From Mobula hypostoma (lineage: Eukaryota): DNA of 64,000 bases. Below the pieces are notes generated by a model that was not told the DNA's origin, did no database searches, and worked only from the letters and a program-made list of their open reading frames with translations. Shown piece by piece: positions 51,721-64,000 of the stretch (position 1 is its first letter; each line of letters starts with the position of its first letter). Both the position numbers and the translations under genes were made by a program. The stretch is taken from the NCBI RefSeq assembly GCF_963921235.1, contig NC_086108.1, positions 3,720,001 through 3,784,000 of the forward strand, read 5' to 3'.

Positions 51721-52242
51721 CCACACTCAGGTTGGAGGAGCAACACCTTATATTCCGTTTGGGTAGCCTCCAACCTGATGGCATGAACATTGACTTCTCT
51801 AACTTCCGCTAAGGCCCCACCTCCCCCTCGTACCCCATCCTTTATTTATTTATATACACACATTCTTTTTCTCTCTCTCCTTTTTCTCCCTCTGTCCCTC
51901 TGACTATACCCCTTGCCCATCCTCTGGGTTTCCCCCCCCCCTTGTCTTTCTCCCTGGGCCTCCTGTCCCATGATCCTCTCATATCCCTTTTGCCAATCGC
52001 CTGTCCAGCTCTTGGCTCCATCCCTCCCCCTCCCGTCTTCTCCTATCATTTCAGATCTCCCTCTCCCCTTCCCACTTTCAAATCTCTTACTGCTCTTCTT
52101 TCAGTTAGTCCTGACGAAGGATCTCAGCCCGAAACATCAACTGTGCCTCTTCCTAGAGATGCTGCCTGGCCTGCTGCGTTCACCAACAACTTTGATGTGT
52201 ATTGATTGAAATTCCAGCATCTGCAGATTTCCTCATGTTTGC
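51721..52242 (+). mobile_element. Penelope-derived insertion splitting a hAT-like MITE
   Basis: RLEEQHLIFRLGSLQPDGMNIDFSNFR* (GIY-YIG C-terminus). The 8-mer gtccacgg is duplicated at 51713-51720 and 52243-52250. Confidence 0.75.
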
Positions 52243-52482
52243 GTCCACGGTAAATGACTGCTCTGTGCTCACACACTGAGTTCAAGGTTCAAAGTAAATT
52301 TATTATTAAATTTCATATATTGTGTGTCACCATGAGCTACCCTGAGATTCATCTTCTCACGGACACTCAGAACACAAAAACACAACAGAATCAATGAAAA
52401 GCTACTCACAAAGACCAACAAACAACCAATGTGAAAAAGACAACAGACAGATAGATGACAGACAGACACACACACACAGACA

Positions 52483-54078
52483 AGTGCCTATAAAAAATAT
52501 TCAACCACCCCCCCAGAACTTTTCCTGTTTTATTGTTTTACAACACTGAATCGCAGTGAATTTAATTTGTTGTTTTTTACACTGATCAACCGAAAAGATT
52601 CTTTCGTGTCAAAGTGAAAACAACTTCTACAAATTGGTATAAATTTATTACAATTATTAAACAAAAAATAATTGATTGCATAAGTATTCACCCCCTTCAA
52701 GTCAGTATTCAGTAGATGCACCTTTGGCAGCAATTACAGCCTTGAGTCTGTGTGGATAGGTCTCTATCAACTTTGCACTTTTGAACACTTGCAATTTTTC
52801 CCCATTCTCCTTTAAAAAACTGCTCAATCTCTATCAGATTGCATGGGGATCGTGAGTGAACAGCCCTTTTCAAGTCCAGCCACAAATTCTCAATTGGATT
52901 GAGGTCTGGTCTCTGACTTGGCCACTTCAAGACATTAACCTTGAAGTTTTTAAGTCAATCCTGTTTATCTTTGGCTTTATGCTTGGGGTCATTGTCTTGC
53001 TGGAAAACAAGTCTCCCAAGTCGCAGTTCTCTTGCGGACTGCATCAGGTTTTCCTCCAGGATTTCCCTGTATTTTGCTGCATTCATTTTACCATCTACCT
53101 TCACAAGCCTTCCAGGACCCACTGCAGTGAAGCATCCCCACAGCATGATGCAGCCACCACCATGCTTCATGGTAGGGATGGTGTGTTTTTGATGATGTGC
53201 AGTGTTTGGTTTATGCCAAACACAGCATTTAGTCTGATGGCCAAAAAGCTCAACTTTGCTTTTATCAGACCATAGAACCTTCTTCCAGCTGACTTCAGAG
53301 TCTCCCACATGCCTTCTAGCAAACTCTAGATGAGATTTCTTGCGAGCTTTTTTCAACAATGGCTTCCTCTTTGCCACTATCCCATAAAACTGCAACTCGT
53401 GAAGCACCCGGGTAACAGTTGTTGTATGCGCAGTCTCTCCCATCTCAATCACTGAAGCTTGTAACTCCTCCAGAGTTGTCATAGGTCTCTTGGTGGCCTC
53501 CCTCATTAGTCCCCTTCTTGCACGGTCACTCAGTTTTTGAGGACGGCCTGCTCTAGGCAGATTTACAACTGAGCCATATTCTTTCCATTTCTTGATGATT
53601 GACTTAACTGTACTCCAGGGGATATTCAGTGACTTGGAAATTTTCTTGTATCCATCTCCTGACTTGTGCTTTTCAATAACCTTTTTGCAAAGTTGCTTGG
53701 AGTGCTCCTTTGTCTTCATGGTGCAGTTTTTGTTGGGATACTGACTCACCAGCAGTTGAGCCTTCCAGATACAGGTGTATTTTTACTACAATCAATTGAA
53801 ACACCTTGACTGCACACCGGTCTCCAAATACAGATCTCCATTTAACTAATTATGTGATTTCTAAACACAATTGGCTGCACCAGTGAGGATTTGGTGTGTC
53901 ATATTAAAGGGGGTGAATACTTATGCAATCAGTTATTTTGAGTTTTCACTTTGACATGGAAGAGTCTTTTCTGTATACCAGTGTCATAAATGCCAAGTGA
54001 AATCCACTGTGATTCAATGTTGTAAAAACAATAAAATATGAAGACTTCCAAGGGCAGTGAATACTTTTTTATAGGCAC
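52483..54078 (-). mobile_element. Tc1-family DNA transposon with long IR/DR-type TIRs
   Basis: Outer ends gtgcctataaaaaatattca / tgaatacttttttataggcac. Inner repeats ttgcataagtattcaccccc / gggggtgaatacttatgcaa. Confidence 0.92.
52702..53719 (-). pseudogene. Tc1 transposase pseudogene (DD34E)
   Basis: MKTKEHS...GYKKISK...GRPQK...WSD...QQDNDPKH...WPSQRPDLNPIENLW, with 34 codons between the second D and E. In-frame TGA at 52955-52957 and a frameshift near 52790. Confidence 0.92.
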
Positions 54079-54240
54079 ATAGTTAGATAGATAGATGGAT
54101 TAATAGATAAAAAGATAGATAGAGATATAGATAGATAGTTAAAAGATAGAGATAGAGAGATACTGGAGATAGATACTGACAACATGAGTTGAAAAGTGTC
54201 TTTGAAAGTGAGTCTGTAGTTTGCGGAATCAGTTCAGTGT

Positions 54241-57200
54241 TGAAGTTATCAATGTTGGTCCAGGAGCCTGATGGTTGTGGGGTAATAACTGTTCCTGAAC
54301 CTGCTGGTGTGGGACCTGAGGCTCATTGTGGTGAGTGAAGTTATCCACACTGGTTCAGGAGCCTGATGGTTGTGGGGTAATAACTGTTCCTGAAGCTGGT
54401 GGTGTGGGACCTGAGGCTCATTGTGGTGAGTGAAGTTATCCACACTGGTTCAGGAGCCTGATGGTTGTGGGGTAATAACTGTTCCTGAACCTGGTGGTGT
54501 GGGACCTGAGGCTCATTGTGGTGAGTGAAGTTATCCACACTGGTTCAGGAGCCTGATGGTTGTGGGGTAATAACTGTTCCTGAACCTGGTGGTGTGGGAC
54601 CTGAGGCTCATTGTGGTGAGTGAAGTTATCCACACTGGTTCAGGAGCCCGATGGTTGTGGGGTAATAATTGTTCCTGAAGCTGGCGGTGTGGGACCTGAG
54701 GCTCATTGTGGTGGGTGAAGTTATCCACACTGGTTCATGAGCCCGATGGTTGTGGGGTAATAACTGTTCCTGAAGCTGGCGGTGTGGGACCTGAGGCTCA
54801 TTGTGGTGGGTGAAGTTATCCACACTGGTTCAGGAGCCCGATGGTTGTGGGGTAATAACTGTTCCTGAATCTGCTGGTGTGGGACCTGAGGCTCATTGTG
54901 GTGGGTGAAGTTATCCACACTGGTTCAGGAGCCTGATGGTTGTGGGGTAATAACTGTTCCTGAACCTGCTTGTGTGGGACCTGAGGCTCATTGTGGTGGG
55001 TGAAGTTATCCACACTGGTTCAGGAGCCTGATGGTTGTGGGGTAATAACTGTTCCTGAACCTGCTGGTGTGGGACCTGAGGCTCATTGTGGTGAGTGAAG
55101 TTATCCACACTGGTTCAGGAGCCTGATGGTTGTGGGGTAATAACTGTTCCTGAACCTGCTGGTTTGGGACCTGAGGCTCATTGTGGGGAGTGAAGTTATC
55201 CACACTGGTTCAGGAGCCTGATGGTTGTGGGGTAATAACTGTTCCTGAACCTGCTGGTGTGGGACCTGAGGCTCATTGTGGTGAGTGAAGTTATCCACAC
55301 TGGTTCAGGAGCCTGATGGTTGTGGGGTAATAACTGTTCCTGAACCTGGTGGTGTGGGACCTCATTGTGGTGAGTGAAGTTATCCACACTGGTTCAGGAG
55401 CCTGATGGCTGTGGGGTAATAACTGTTCCTGAACCTGCTGGTGTGGGACCTGAGGCTCATCGTGGTGAGTGAAGTTATCCACACTGGTTCAGGAGCCTGA
55501 TGGTTGTGGGGTAATAACTGTTCCTGAACCTGCTGGTGTGGGACCTGAGGCTCATTGTGGGGAATGAAGTTATCCACACTGGCTCAGGAGCCTGATGGTT
55601 GTGGGGTAATAACTGTTCCTGAACCTGCTGGTGTGGGACCTGAGGCTCATTGTGGTGAGTGAAGTTATCCACACTGGTTCAGGAGCCTGATGGTTGTGGG
55701 GTAATAACTGTTCCAGAACCTGGTGGTGTGGGACCTCATTGTGGTGAGTGAAGTTATCCACACTGGTTCAGGAGCCTGATGGCTGTGGGGTAATAACTGT
55801 TCCTGAACCTGTTGGTGTGGGACCTGAGGCTCATTGTGGTGAGTGAAGTTATCCACACTGGTTCAGGAGCCTGATGGTTGTGGGGTAATAACTGTTCCTG
55901 AACCTGGTGGTGTGGGACCTGAGGCTCATTGTGGTGGGTGAAGTTATCCACACTGGTTCAGGAGCCTGATGGTTGTGGGGTAATAACTGTTCCTGAACCT
56001 GCTGGTGTGGGACCTGAGGCTCATTGTGGTGAGTGAAGTTATCCACACTGGTTCAGGAGCCTGATGGTTGTGGGGTAATAACTGTTCCTGAACCTGCTGG
56101 TGCGGGACCTGAGGCTCATTGTGGGGAGTGAAGTTATCCACACTGGTTCAGGAGCCTGATGGTTGTGGGGTAATAACTGTTCCTGAACCTGCTGGTGTGG
56201 GACCTGAGGCTCATTGTGGGGAGTGAAGTTATCCACACTGGTTCAGGAGCCTGATGGTTGTGGGGTAATGACTGTTCCTGAACCTGGTGGTGTGGGACCT
56301 GAGGCTCATTGTGGTGAGTGAAGTTATCCACACTGGTTCAGGAGCCTGATGGTTGTGGGGTAATAACTGTTCCTGAACCTGGTGGTGTGGGACCTGAGGC
56401 TCATTGTGGTGAGTGAAGTTATCCACACTGGTTCAGGAGCCTGACGGTTGTGGGGTAATAACTGTTCCTGAACCTGGTGGTGTGGGACCTGAGGCTCATT
56501 GTGGTGAGTGAAGTTATCCACACTGGTTCAGGAGGCCGATGGTTGTGGGGTAATAATTGTTCCTGAAGCTGGCGGTGTGGGACCTGAGGCTCATTGTGGT
56601 GGGTGAAGTTATCCACACTGGTTCAGGAGCCCGATGGTTGTGGGGTAATAACTGTTCCTGAAGCTGGCGGTGTGGGACCTGAGGCTCATTGTGGTGGGTG
56701 AAGTTATCCACACTGGTTCAGGAGCCCGATGGTTGTGGGGTAATAACTGTTCCTAAATCTGCTGGTGTGGGACCTGAGGCTCATTGTGGTGGGTGAAGTT
56801 ATCCACACTGGTTCAGGAGCCTGATGGTTGTGGGGTAATAACTGTTCCTGAACCTGCTGGTGTGGGACCTGAGGCTCATTGTGGTGGGTGAAGTTATCCA
56901 CACTGGATCAGGAGCCTGATGGTTGTGGGGTAATAACTGTTCCTGAACCTGCTGGTGTGGGACCTGAGGCTCATTGTGGTGAGTGAAGTTATCCACACTG
57001 GTTCAGGAGCCTGATGGTTGTGGGGTAATAACTGTTCCTGAACCTGCTGGTTTGGGACCTGAGGCTCATTGTGGGGAGTGAAGTTATCCACACTGGTTCA
57101 GGAGCCTGATGGTTGTGGGGTAATAACTGTTCCTGAACCTGCTGGTGTGGGACCTGAGGCTCATTGTGGTGAGTGAAGTTATCCACACTGGTTCAGGAGC

Positions 57201-60200
57201 CTGATGGTTGTGGGGTAATAACTGTTCCTGAACCTGGTGGTGTGGGACCTCATTGTGGTGAGTGAAGTTATCCACACTGGTTCAGGAGCCTGATGGCTGT
57301 GGGGTAATAACTGTTCCTGAACCTGGTGGTGTGGGACCTGAGGCTCATTGTGGTGAGTGATGTTATCCACACTGGTTCAGGAGCCTGATGGTTGTGGGGT
57401 AATAACTGTTCCTGAACCTGGTGGTGTGGGACCTGAGGCTCATTGTGGTGGGTGAAGTTATCCACACTGGTTCAGGAGCCTGATGGTTGTGGGGTAATAA
57501 CTGTTCCTGAACCTGGTGGTGTGGGACCTGAGGCTCATTGTGGTGAGTGAAGTTATCCACACTGGTTCAGGAGCCTGATGGTTGTGGGGTAATAACTGTT
57601 CCTGAACCTGCTGGTGTGGGACCTGAGGCTCATTGTGGGGAGTGAAGTTATCCACACTGGTTCAGGAGCCTGATGGTTGTGGGGTAATAACTGTTCCTGA
57701 ACCTGCTGGTGTGGGACCTGAGGCTCATTGTGGGGAGTGAAGTTATCCACACTGGTTCAGGAGCCTGATGGTTGTGGGGTAATGACTGTTCCTGAACCTG
57801 GTGGTGTGGGACCTGAGGCTCATTGTGGTGAGTGAAGTTATCCACACTGGTTCAGGAGCCTGACGGTTGTGGGGTAATAACTGTTCCTGAACCTGGTGGT
57901 GTGGGACCTGAGGCTCATTGTGGTGAGTGAAGTTATCCACACTGGTTCAGGAGCCTGACGTTTGTGGGGTAATAACTGTTCCTGAACCTGGTGGTGTGGG
58001 ACCTGAGGCTCATTGTGGTGAGTGAAGTTATCCACACTGGTTCAGGAGGCCGATGGTTGTGGGGTAATAATTGTTCCTGAAGCTGGCGGTGTGGGACCTG
58101 AGGCTCATTGTGGTGGGTGAAGTTATCCACACTGGTTCAGGAGCCCGATGGTTGTGGGGTAATAACTGTTCCTGAAGCTGGCGGTGTGGGACCTCAGGCT
58201 CATTGTGGTGGGTGAAGTTATCCACACTGGTTCATGAGCCCGATGGTTGTGGGGTAATAACTGTTCCTGAAGCTGGCGGTGTGGGACCTGAGGCTCATTG
58301 TGGTGGGTGAAGTTATCCACACTGGTTCAGGAGCCCGATGGTTGTGGGGTAATAACTGTTCCTGAATCTGCTGGTGTGGGACCTGAGGCTCATTGTGGTG
58401 GGTGAAGTTATCCACACTGGTTCAGGAGCCTGATGGTTGTGGGGTAATAACTGTTCCTCAACCTGCTGGTGTGGGACCTGAGGCTCATTGTGGTGAGTGA
58501 AGTTATCCACACTGGTTCAGGAGCCTGATGGTTGTGGGGTAATAACTGTTCCTGAACCTGCTGGTGTGGGACCTGAGGCTCATTGTGGTGAGTGAAGTTA
58601 TCCACACTGGTTCAGGAGCCTGATGGTTGTGGGGTAATAACTGTTCCTGAACCTGGTGGTGTGGGACCTCATTGTGGTGAGTGAAGTTATCCACACTGGT
58701 TCAGGAGCCTGATGGCTGTGGGGTAATAACTGTTCCTGAACCTGCTGGTGTGGGACCTGAGGCTCATCGTGGTGAGTGAAGTTATCCACACTGGTTCAGG
58801 AGCCTCATGGTTGTGGGGTAATAACTGTTCCTGAACCTGCTGGTGTGGGACCTGAGGCTCATTGTGGGGAATGAAGTTATCCACACTGGCTCAGGAGCCT
58901 GATGGTTGTGGGGTAATAACTGTTCCTGAACCTGCTGGTGTGGGACCTGAGGCTCATTGTGGTGAGTGAAGTTATCCACACTGGTTCAGGAGCCTGATGG
59001 TTGTGGGGTAATAACTGTTCCTGAACCTGCTGGTGTGGGACCTGAGGCTCATTGTGGTGAGTGAAGTTATCCACACTGGTTCAGGAGCCTGATGGTTGTG
59101 GGGTAATAACTGTTCCTGAACCTGGTGGTGTGGGACCTCATTGTGGTGAGTGAAGTTATCCACACTGGTTCAGGAGCCTGATGGCTGTGGGGTAATAACT
59201 GTTCCTGAACCTGCTGGTGTGGGACCTGCGGCTCATTGTGGTGAGTGAAGTTATCCACACTGGTTCAGGAGCCTGATGGTTGTGGGGTAATAACTGTTCC
59301 TGAACCTGCTGGTGTGGGACCTGAGGCTCATTGTGGGGAATGAAGTTATCCACACTGGTTCAGGAGCCTGATGGTTGTGGGGTAATAACTGTTCCTGAAC
59401 CTGCTGGTGTGGGACCTGAGGCTCATTGTGGTGAGTGAAGTTATCCACACTGGTTCAGGAGCCTGATGGTTGTGGGGTAATAAATGTTCCTGAACCTGGT
59501 GGTGTGGGACCTCATTGTGGTGAGTGAAGTTATCCACACTGGTTCAGGAGCCTGATGGCTGTGGGGTAATAACTGTTCCTGAACCTGGTGGTGTGGGACC
59601 TGAGGCTCATTGTGGTGAGTGAAGTTATCCACACTGGTTCAGGAGCCTGATGGTTGTGGGGTAATAACTGTTCCTGAACCTGGTGGTGTGGGACCTGAGG
59701 CTCATTGTGGTGGGTGAAGTTATCCACACTGGTTCAGGAGCCTGATGGTTGTGGGGTAATAACTGTTCCTGAACCTGGTGGTGTGGGACCTGAGGCTCAT
59801 TGTGGTGAGTGAAGTTATCCACACTGGTTCAGGAGCCTGATGGTTGTGGGGTAATAACTGTTCCTGAACCTGCTGGTGTGGGACCTGAGGCTCATTGTGG
59901 GGAGTGAAGTTATCCACACCGGTTCAGGAGCCTGATGGTTGTGGGGTAATAACTGTTCCTGAACCTGCTGGTGTGGGACCTGAGGCTCATTGTGGGGAGT
60001 GAAGTTATCCACACTGGTTCAGGAGCCTGATGGTTGTGGGGTAATGACTGTTCCTGAACCTGGTGGTGTGGGACCTGAGGCTCATTGTGGTGAGTGAAGT
60101 TATCCACACTGGTTCAGGAGCCTGACGGTTGTGGGGTAATAACTGTTCCTGAACCTGGTGGTGTGGGACCTGAGGCTCATTGTGGTGAGTGAAGTTATCC

Positions 60201-63200
60201 ACACTGGTTCAGGAGCCTGACGTTTGTGGGGTAATAACTGTTCCTGAACCTGGTGGTGTGGGACCTGAGGCTCATTGTGGTGAGTGAAGTTATCCACACT
60301 GGTTCAGGAGGCCGATGGTTGTGGGGTAATAATTGTTCCTGAAGCTGGCGGTGTGGGACCTGAGGCTCATTGTGGTGAGTGAAGTTATCCACACTGGTTC
60401 AGGAGCCTGATGGTTGTGGGGTAATAACTGTTCCTGAACCTGCTGGTTTGGGACCTGAGGCTCATTGTGGGGAGTGAAGTTATCCACACTGGTTCAGGAG
60501 CCTGATGGTTGTGGGGTAATAACTGTTCCTGAACCTGCTGGTGTGGGACCTGAGGCTCATTGTGGTGAGTGAAGTTATCCACACTGGTTCAGGAGCCTGA
60601 TGGTTGTGGGGTAATAACTGTTCCTGAACCTGGTGGTGTGGGACCTCATTGTGGTGAGTGAAGTTATCCACACTGGTTCAGGAGCCTGATGGCTGTGGGG
60701 TAATAACTGTTCCTGAACCTGCTGGTGTGGGACCTGAGGCTCATCGTGGTGAGTGAAGTTATCCACACTGGTTCAGGAGCCTCATGGTTGTGGGGTAATA
60801 ACTGTTCCTGAACCTGCTGGTGTGGGACCTGAGGCTCATTGTGGGGAATGAAGTTATCCACACTGGCTCAGGAGCCTGATGGTTGTGGGGTAATAACTGT
60901 TCCTGAACCTGCTGGTGTGGGACCTGAGGCTCATTGTGGTGAGTGAAGTTATCCACACTGGTTCAGGAGCCTGATGGTTGTGGGGTAATAACTGTTCCTG
61001 AACCTGCTGGTGTGGGACCTGAGGCTCATTGTGGTGAGTGAAGTTATCCACACTGGTTCAGGAGCCTGATGGTTGTGGGGTAATAACTGTTCCTGAACCT
61101 GGTTGTGTGGGACCTCATTGTGGTGAGTGAAGTTATCCACACTGGTTCAGGAGCCTGATGGCTGTGGGGTAATAACTGTTCCTGAACCTGCTGGTGTGGG
61201 ACCTGAGGCTCATTGTGGTGAGTGAAGTTATCCACACTGGTTCAGGAGCCTGATGGTTGTGGGGTAATAACTGTTCCTGAACCTGGTGGTGTGGGACCTG
61301 AGGCTCATTGTGGTGAGTGAAGTTATCCACACTGGTTCAGGAGCCTGATGGTTGTGGGGTAATAACTGTTCCTGAACCTGGTGGTGTGGGACCTGAGGCT
61401 CATTGTGGTGGGTGAAGTTATCCACACTGGTTCAGGAGCCTGATGGTTGTGGGGTAATAACTGTTCCTGAACCTGGTGGTGTGGGACCTGAGGCTCATTG
61501 TGGTGAGTGAAGTTATCCACACTGGTTCAGGAGCCTGATGGTTGTGGGGTAATAACTGTTCCTGAACCTGCTGGTGTGGGACCTGAGGCTCATTGTGGGG
61601 AGTGAAGTTATCCACACTGGTTCAGGAGCCTGATGGTTGTGGGGTAATAACTGTTCCTGAACCTGCTGGTGTGGGACCTGAGGCTCATTGTGGGGAGTGA
61701 AGTTATCCACACTGGTTCAGGAGCCTGATGGTTGTGGGGTAATAACTGTTCCTGAACCTGGTGGTGTGGGACCTGAGGCTCATTGTGGTGAGTGAAGTTA
61801 TCCACACTGGTTCAGGAGCCTGACGGTTGTGGGGTAATAACTGTTCCTGAACCTGGTGGTGTGGGACCTGAGGCTCATTGTGGTGAGTGAAGTTATCCAC
61901 ACTGGTTCAGGAGCCTGATGGTTGTGGGGTAATAACTGTTCCTGAACCTGGTGGTGTGGGACCTGAGGCTCATTGTGGTGAGTGAAGTTATCCACACTGG
62001 TTCAGGAGGCCGATGGTTGTGGGGTAATAATTGTTCCTGAACCTGGCGGTGTGGGACCTGAGGCTCATTGTGGTGAGTGAAGTTATCCACACTGGTTCAG
62101 GAGCCTGATGGTTGTGGGGTAATAACTGTTCCTGAACCTGCTGGTGTGGGACCTGAGGCTCATTGTGGTGAGTGAAGTTATCCACACTGGTTCAGGAGCC
62201 TGATGGTTGTGGGGTAATAACTGTTCCTGAACCTGGTGGTGTGGGACCTGAGGCTCATTGTGGTGAGTGAAGTTATCCACACTGGTTCAGGAGCCTGATG
62301 GTTGTGGGGTAATAACTGTTCCTGAACCTGGTGGTGTGGGACCTGAGGCTCATTGTGGTGAGTGAAGTTATCCACACTGGTTCAGGAGCCTGATGGTTGT
62401 GGGGTAATAACTGTTCCTGAAGCTGGCGGTGTGGGACCTGAGGCTCATTGTGGTGGGTGAAGTTATCCACACTGGTTCAGGAGCCTCGATGGTTGTGGGG
62501 TAATAACTGTTCCTGAACCTGGCTGGTGTGGGACCTGAGGCTCATTGTGGTGGGTGAAGTTATCCACACTGGTTCAGGAGCCTGATGGTTGTGGGGTAAT
62601 AACTGTTCCTGAACCTGCTGGTGTGGGACCTGAGGCTCATTGTGGTGGGTGAAGTTATCCACACTGGTTCAGGAGCCTGATGGTTGTGGGGTAATAACTG
62701 TTCCTGAACCTGCTGGTGTGGGACCTGAGGCTCATTGTGGTGGGTGAAGTTATCCACACTGGTTCAGGAGCCTGATGGTTGTGGGGTAATAACTGTTCCT
62801 GAACCTGCTGGTGTGGGACCTGAGGCTCATTGTGGTGAGTGAAGTTATCCACACTGGTTCAGGAGCCTGATGGTTGTGGGGTAATAACTGTTCCTGAACC
62901 TGCTGGTGTGGGACCTGAGGCTCATTGTGTGGATTGAAGTTATCCACACTGGTTCAGGAGCCTGATGGTTGTGGGGTAATAACTGTTCCTGAACCTGCTG
63001 GTGTGGGACCTGATGCTCATTGTGGGTAGTGAAGTTATCCACACTGGTTCAGGAGCCTGATGGTTGTGGGGTAATAACTGTTCCTGAACCTGCTGGTGTG
63101 GGACCTGAGGCTCATTGTGGTGAGTGAAGTTATCCACACTGGTTCAGGAGCCTGATGGTTGTGGGGTAATAACTGTTCCTGAACCTGGTGGTGTGGGACC

Positions 63201-64000
63201 TGAGGCTCATTGTGGTGAGTGAAGTTATCCACACTGGTTCAGGAGCCTGATGGCTGTGGGGTAATAACTGTTCCTGAACCTGGTGGTGTGGGACCTGAGG
63301 CTCATTGTGGTGAGTGAAGTTATCCACACTGGTTCAGGAGCCTGATGGTTGTGGGGTAATAACTGTTCCTGAACCTGGTGGTGTGGGACCTGAGGCTCAT
63401 TGTGGTGGGTGAAGTTATCCACACTGGTTCAGGAGCCTGATGGTTGTGGGGTAATAACTGTTCCTGAACCTGCTGGTGTGGGACATGAGGCTCATTGTGG
63501 TGAGTGAAGTTATCCACACTGGTTCAGGAGCCTGATGGTTGTGGGGTAATAACTGTTCCTGAACCTGCTGGTGTGGGACCTGAGGCTCATTGTGGGGATT
63601 GAAGTTATCCACACTGGTTCAGGAGCCTGACGGTTGTGGGGTAATAACTGTTCCTGAACCTGCTGGTGTGGGACCTGAGGCTCATTGTGGTGGGTGAAGT
63701 TATCCACACTGGTTCAGGAGCCTGATGGTTGTGGGGTAATAACTGTTCCTGAACCTGCTGGTGTGGGACCTGAGGCTCATTGTGGTGAGTGAAGTTATCC
63801 ACACTGGTTCAGGAACCTGATGGTTGTGGGGTAATAACTGTTCCTGAACCTGCTGGTGTGGGACCTGAGGCTCATTGTGGTGAGTGAAGTTATCCACACT
63901 GGTTCAGGAGCCTGATGGTTGTGGGGTAATAACTGTTCCTGAACCTGGTGGTGTGGGACCTGAGGCTCATTGTGGTGAGTGAAGTTATCCACACTGGTTC
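54241..64000. repeat. 95-bp satellite array, about 103 copies, truncated by the window end
   Basis: Unit TGAGTGAAGTTATCCACACTGGTTCAGGAGCCTGATGGTTGTGGGGTAATAACTGTTCCTGAACCTGGTGGTGTGGGACCTGAGGCTCATTGTGG, with occasional 89-bp variants. Confidence 0.99.

Noticed and set aside
54385..54405. Chi-like GCTGGTGG in the satellite
   Set aside because: It occurs only as a rare variant of CCTGGTGG, and Chi is a bacterial RecBCD signal.
54241..64000. CRISPR array or tandem family of 65-aa genes (MDNFTHHNEPQ...)
   Set aside because: Units are near-identical along their whole length, with no unique spacers and no cas genes, in a eukaryotic context. The overlapping ORFs are an artefact of a 95-bp period not divisible by 3.

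Overview
Eukaryotic, repeat-rich vertebrate DNA. The V-domain tRNA SINEs and the CR1, Rex1/Babar-like and Penelope repeats suggest a cartilaginous fish, probably a ray or shark (inference). The only host gene I can support is a + strand Otx5/Crx homeobox gene with three coding exons (4445-4541, 20443-20594, 34650-35270; 289 aa) and introns of 15.9 and 14.1 kb filled with decayed and nested transposons. These include a near full-length CR1 LINE, an internally deleted Gypsy LTR element, two solo LTRs, HERO, Rex1, RTE and Penelope fragments, SINEs and MITEs. An IR/DR-type Tc1 lies downstream of the gene. The last 9.8 kb is a 95-bp satellite that runs off the window. Two observations stand out. 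First, three tandem-repeat families (95, 61 and 57 bp) are each derived from a retroelement segment, and the 95- and 57-bp units recur with the same junction in separate, diverged host copies. Second, the Penelope-derived repeats carry minimal hammerhead-ribozyme motifs, one with an intact-looking core at about 41757-41794. Nearly all ORFs in the supplied track are spurious or repeat-derived. All calls are by eye, with no database searches.
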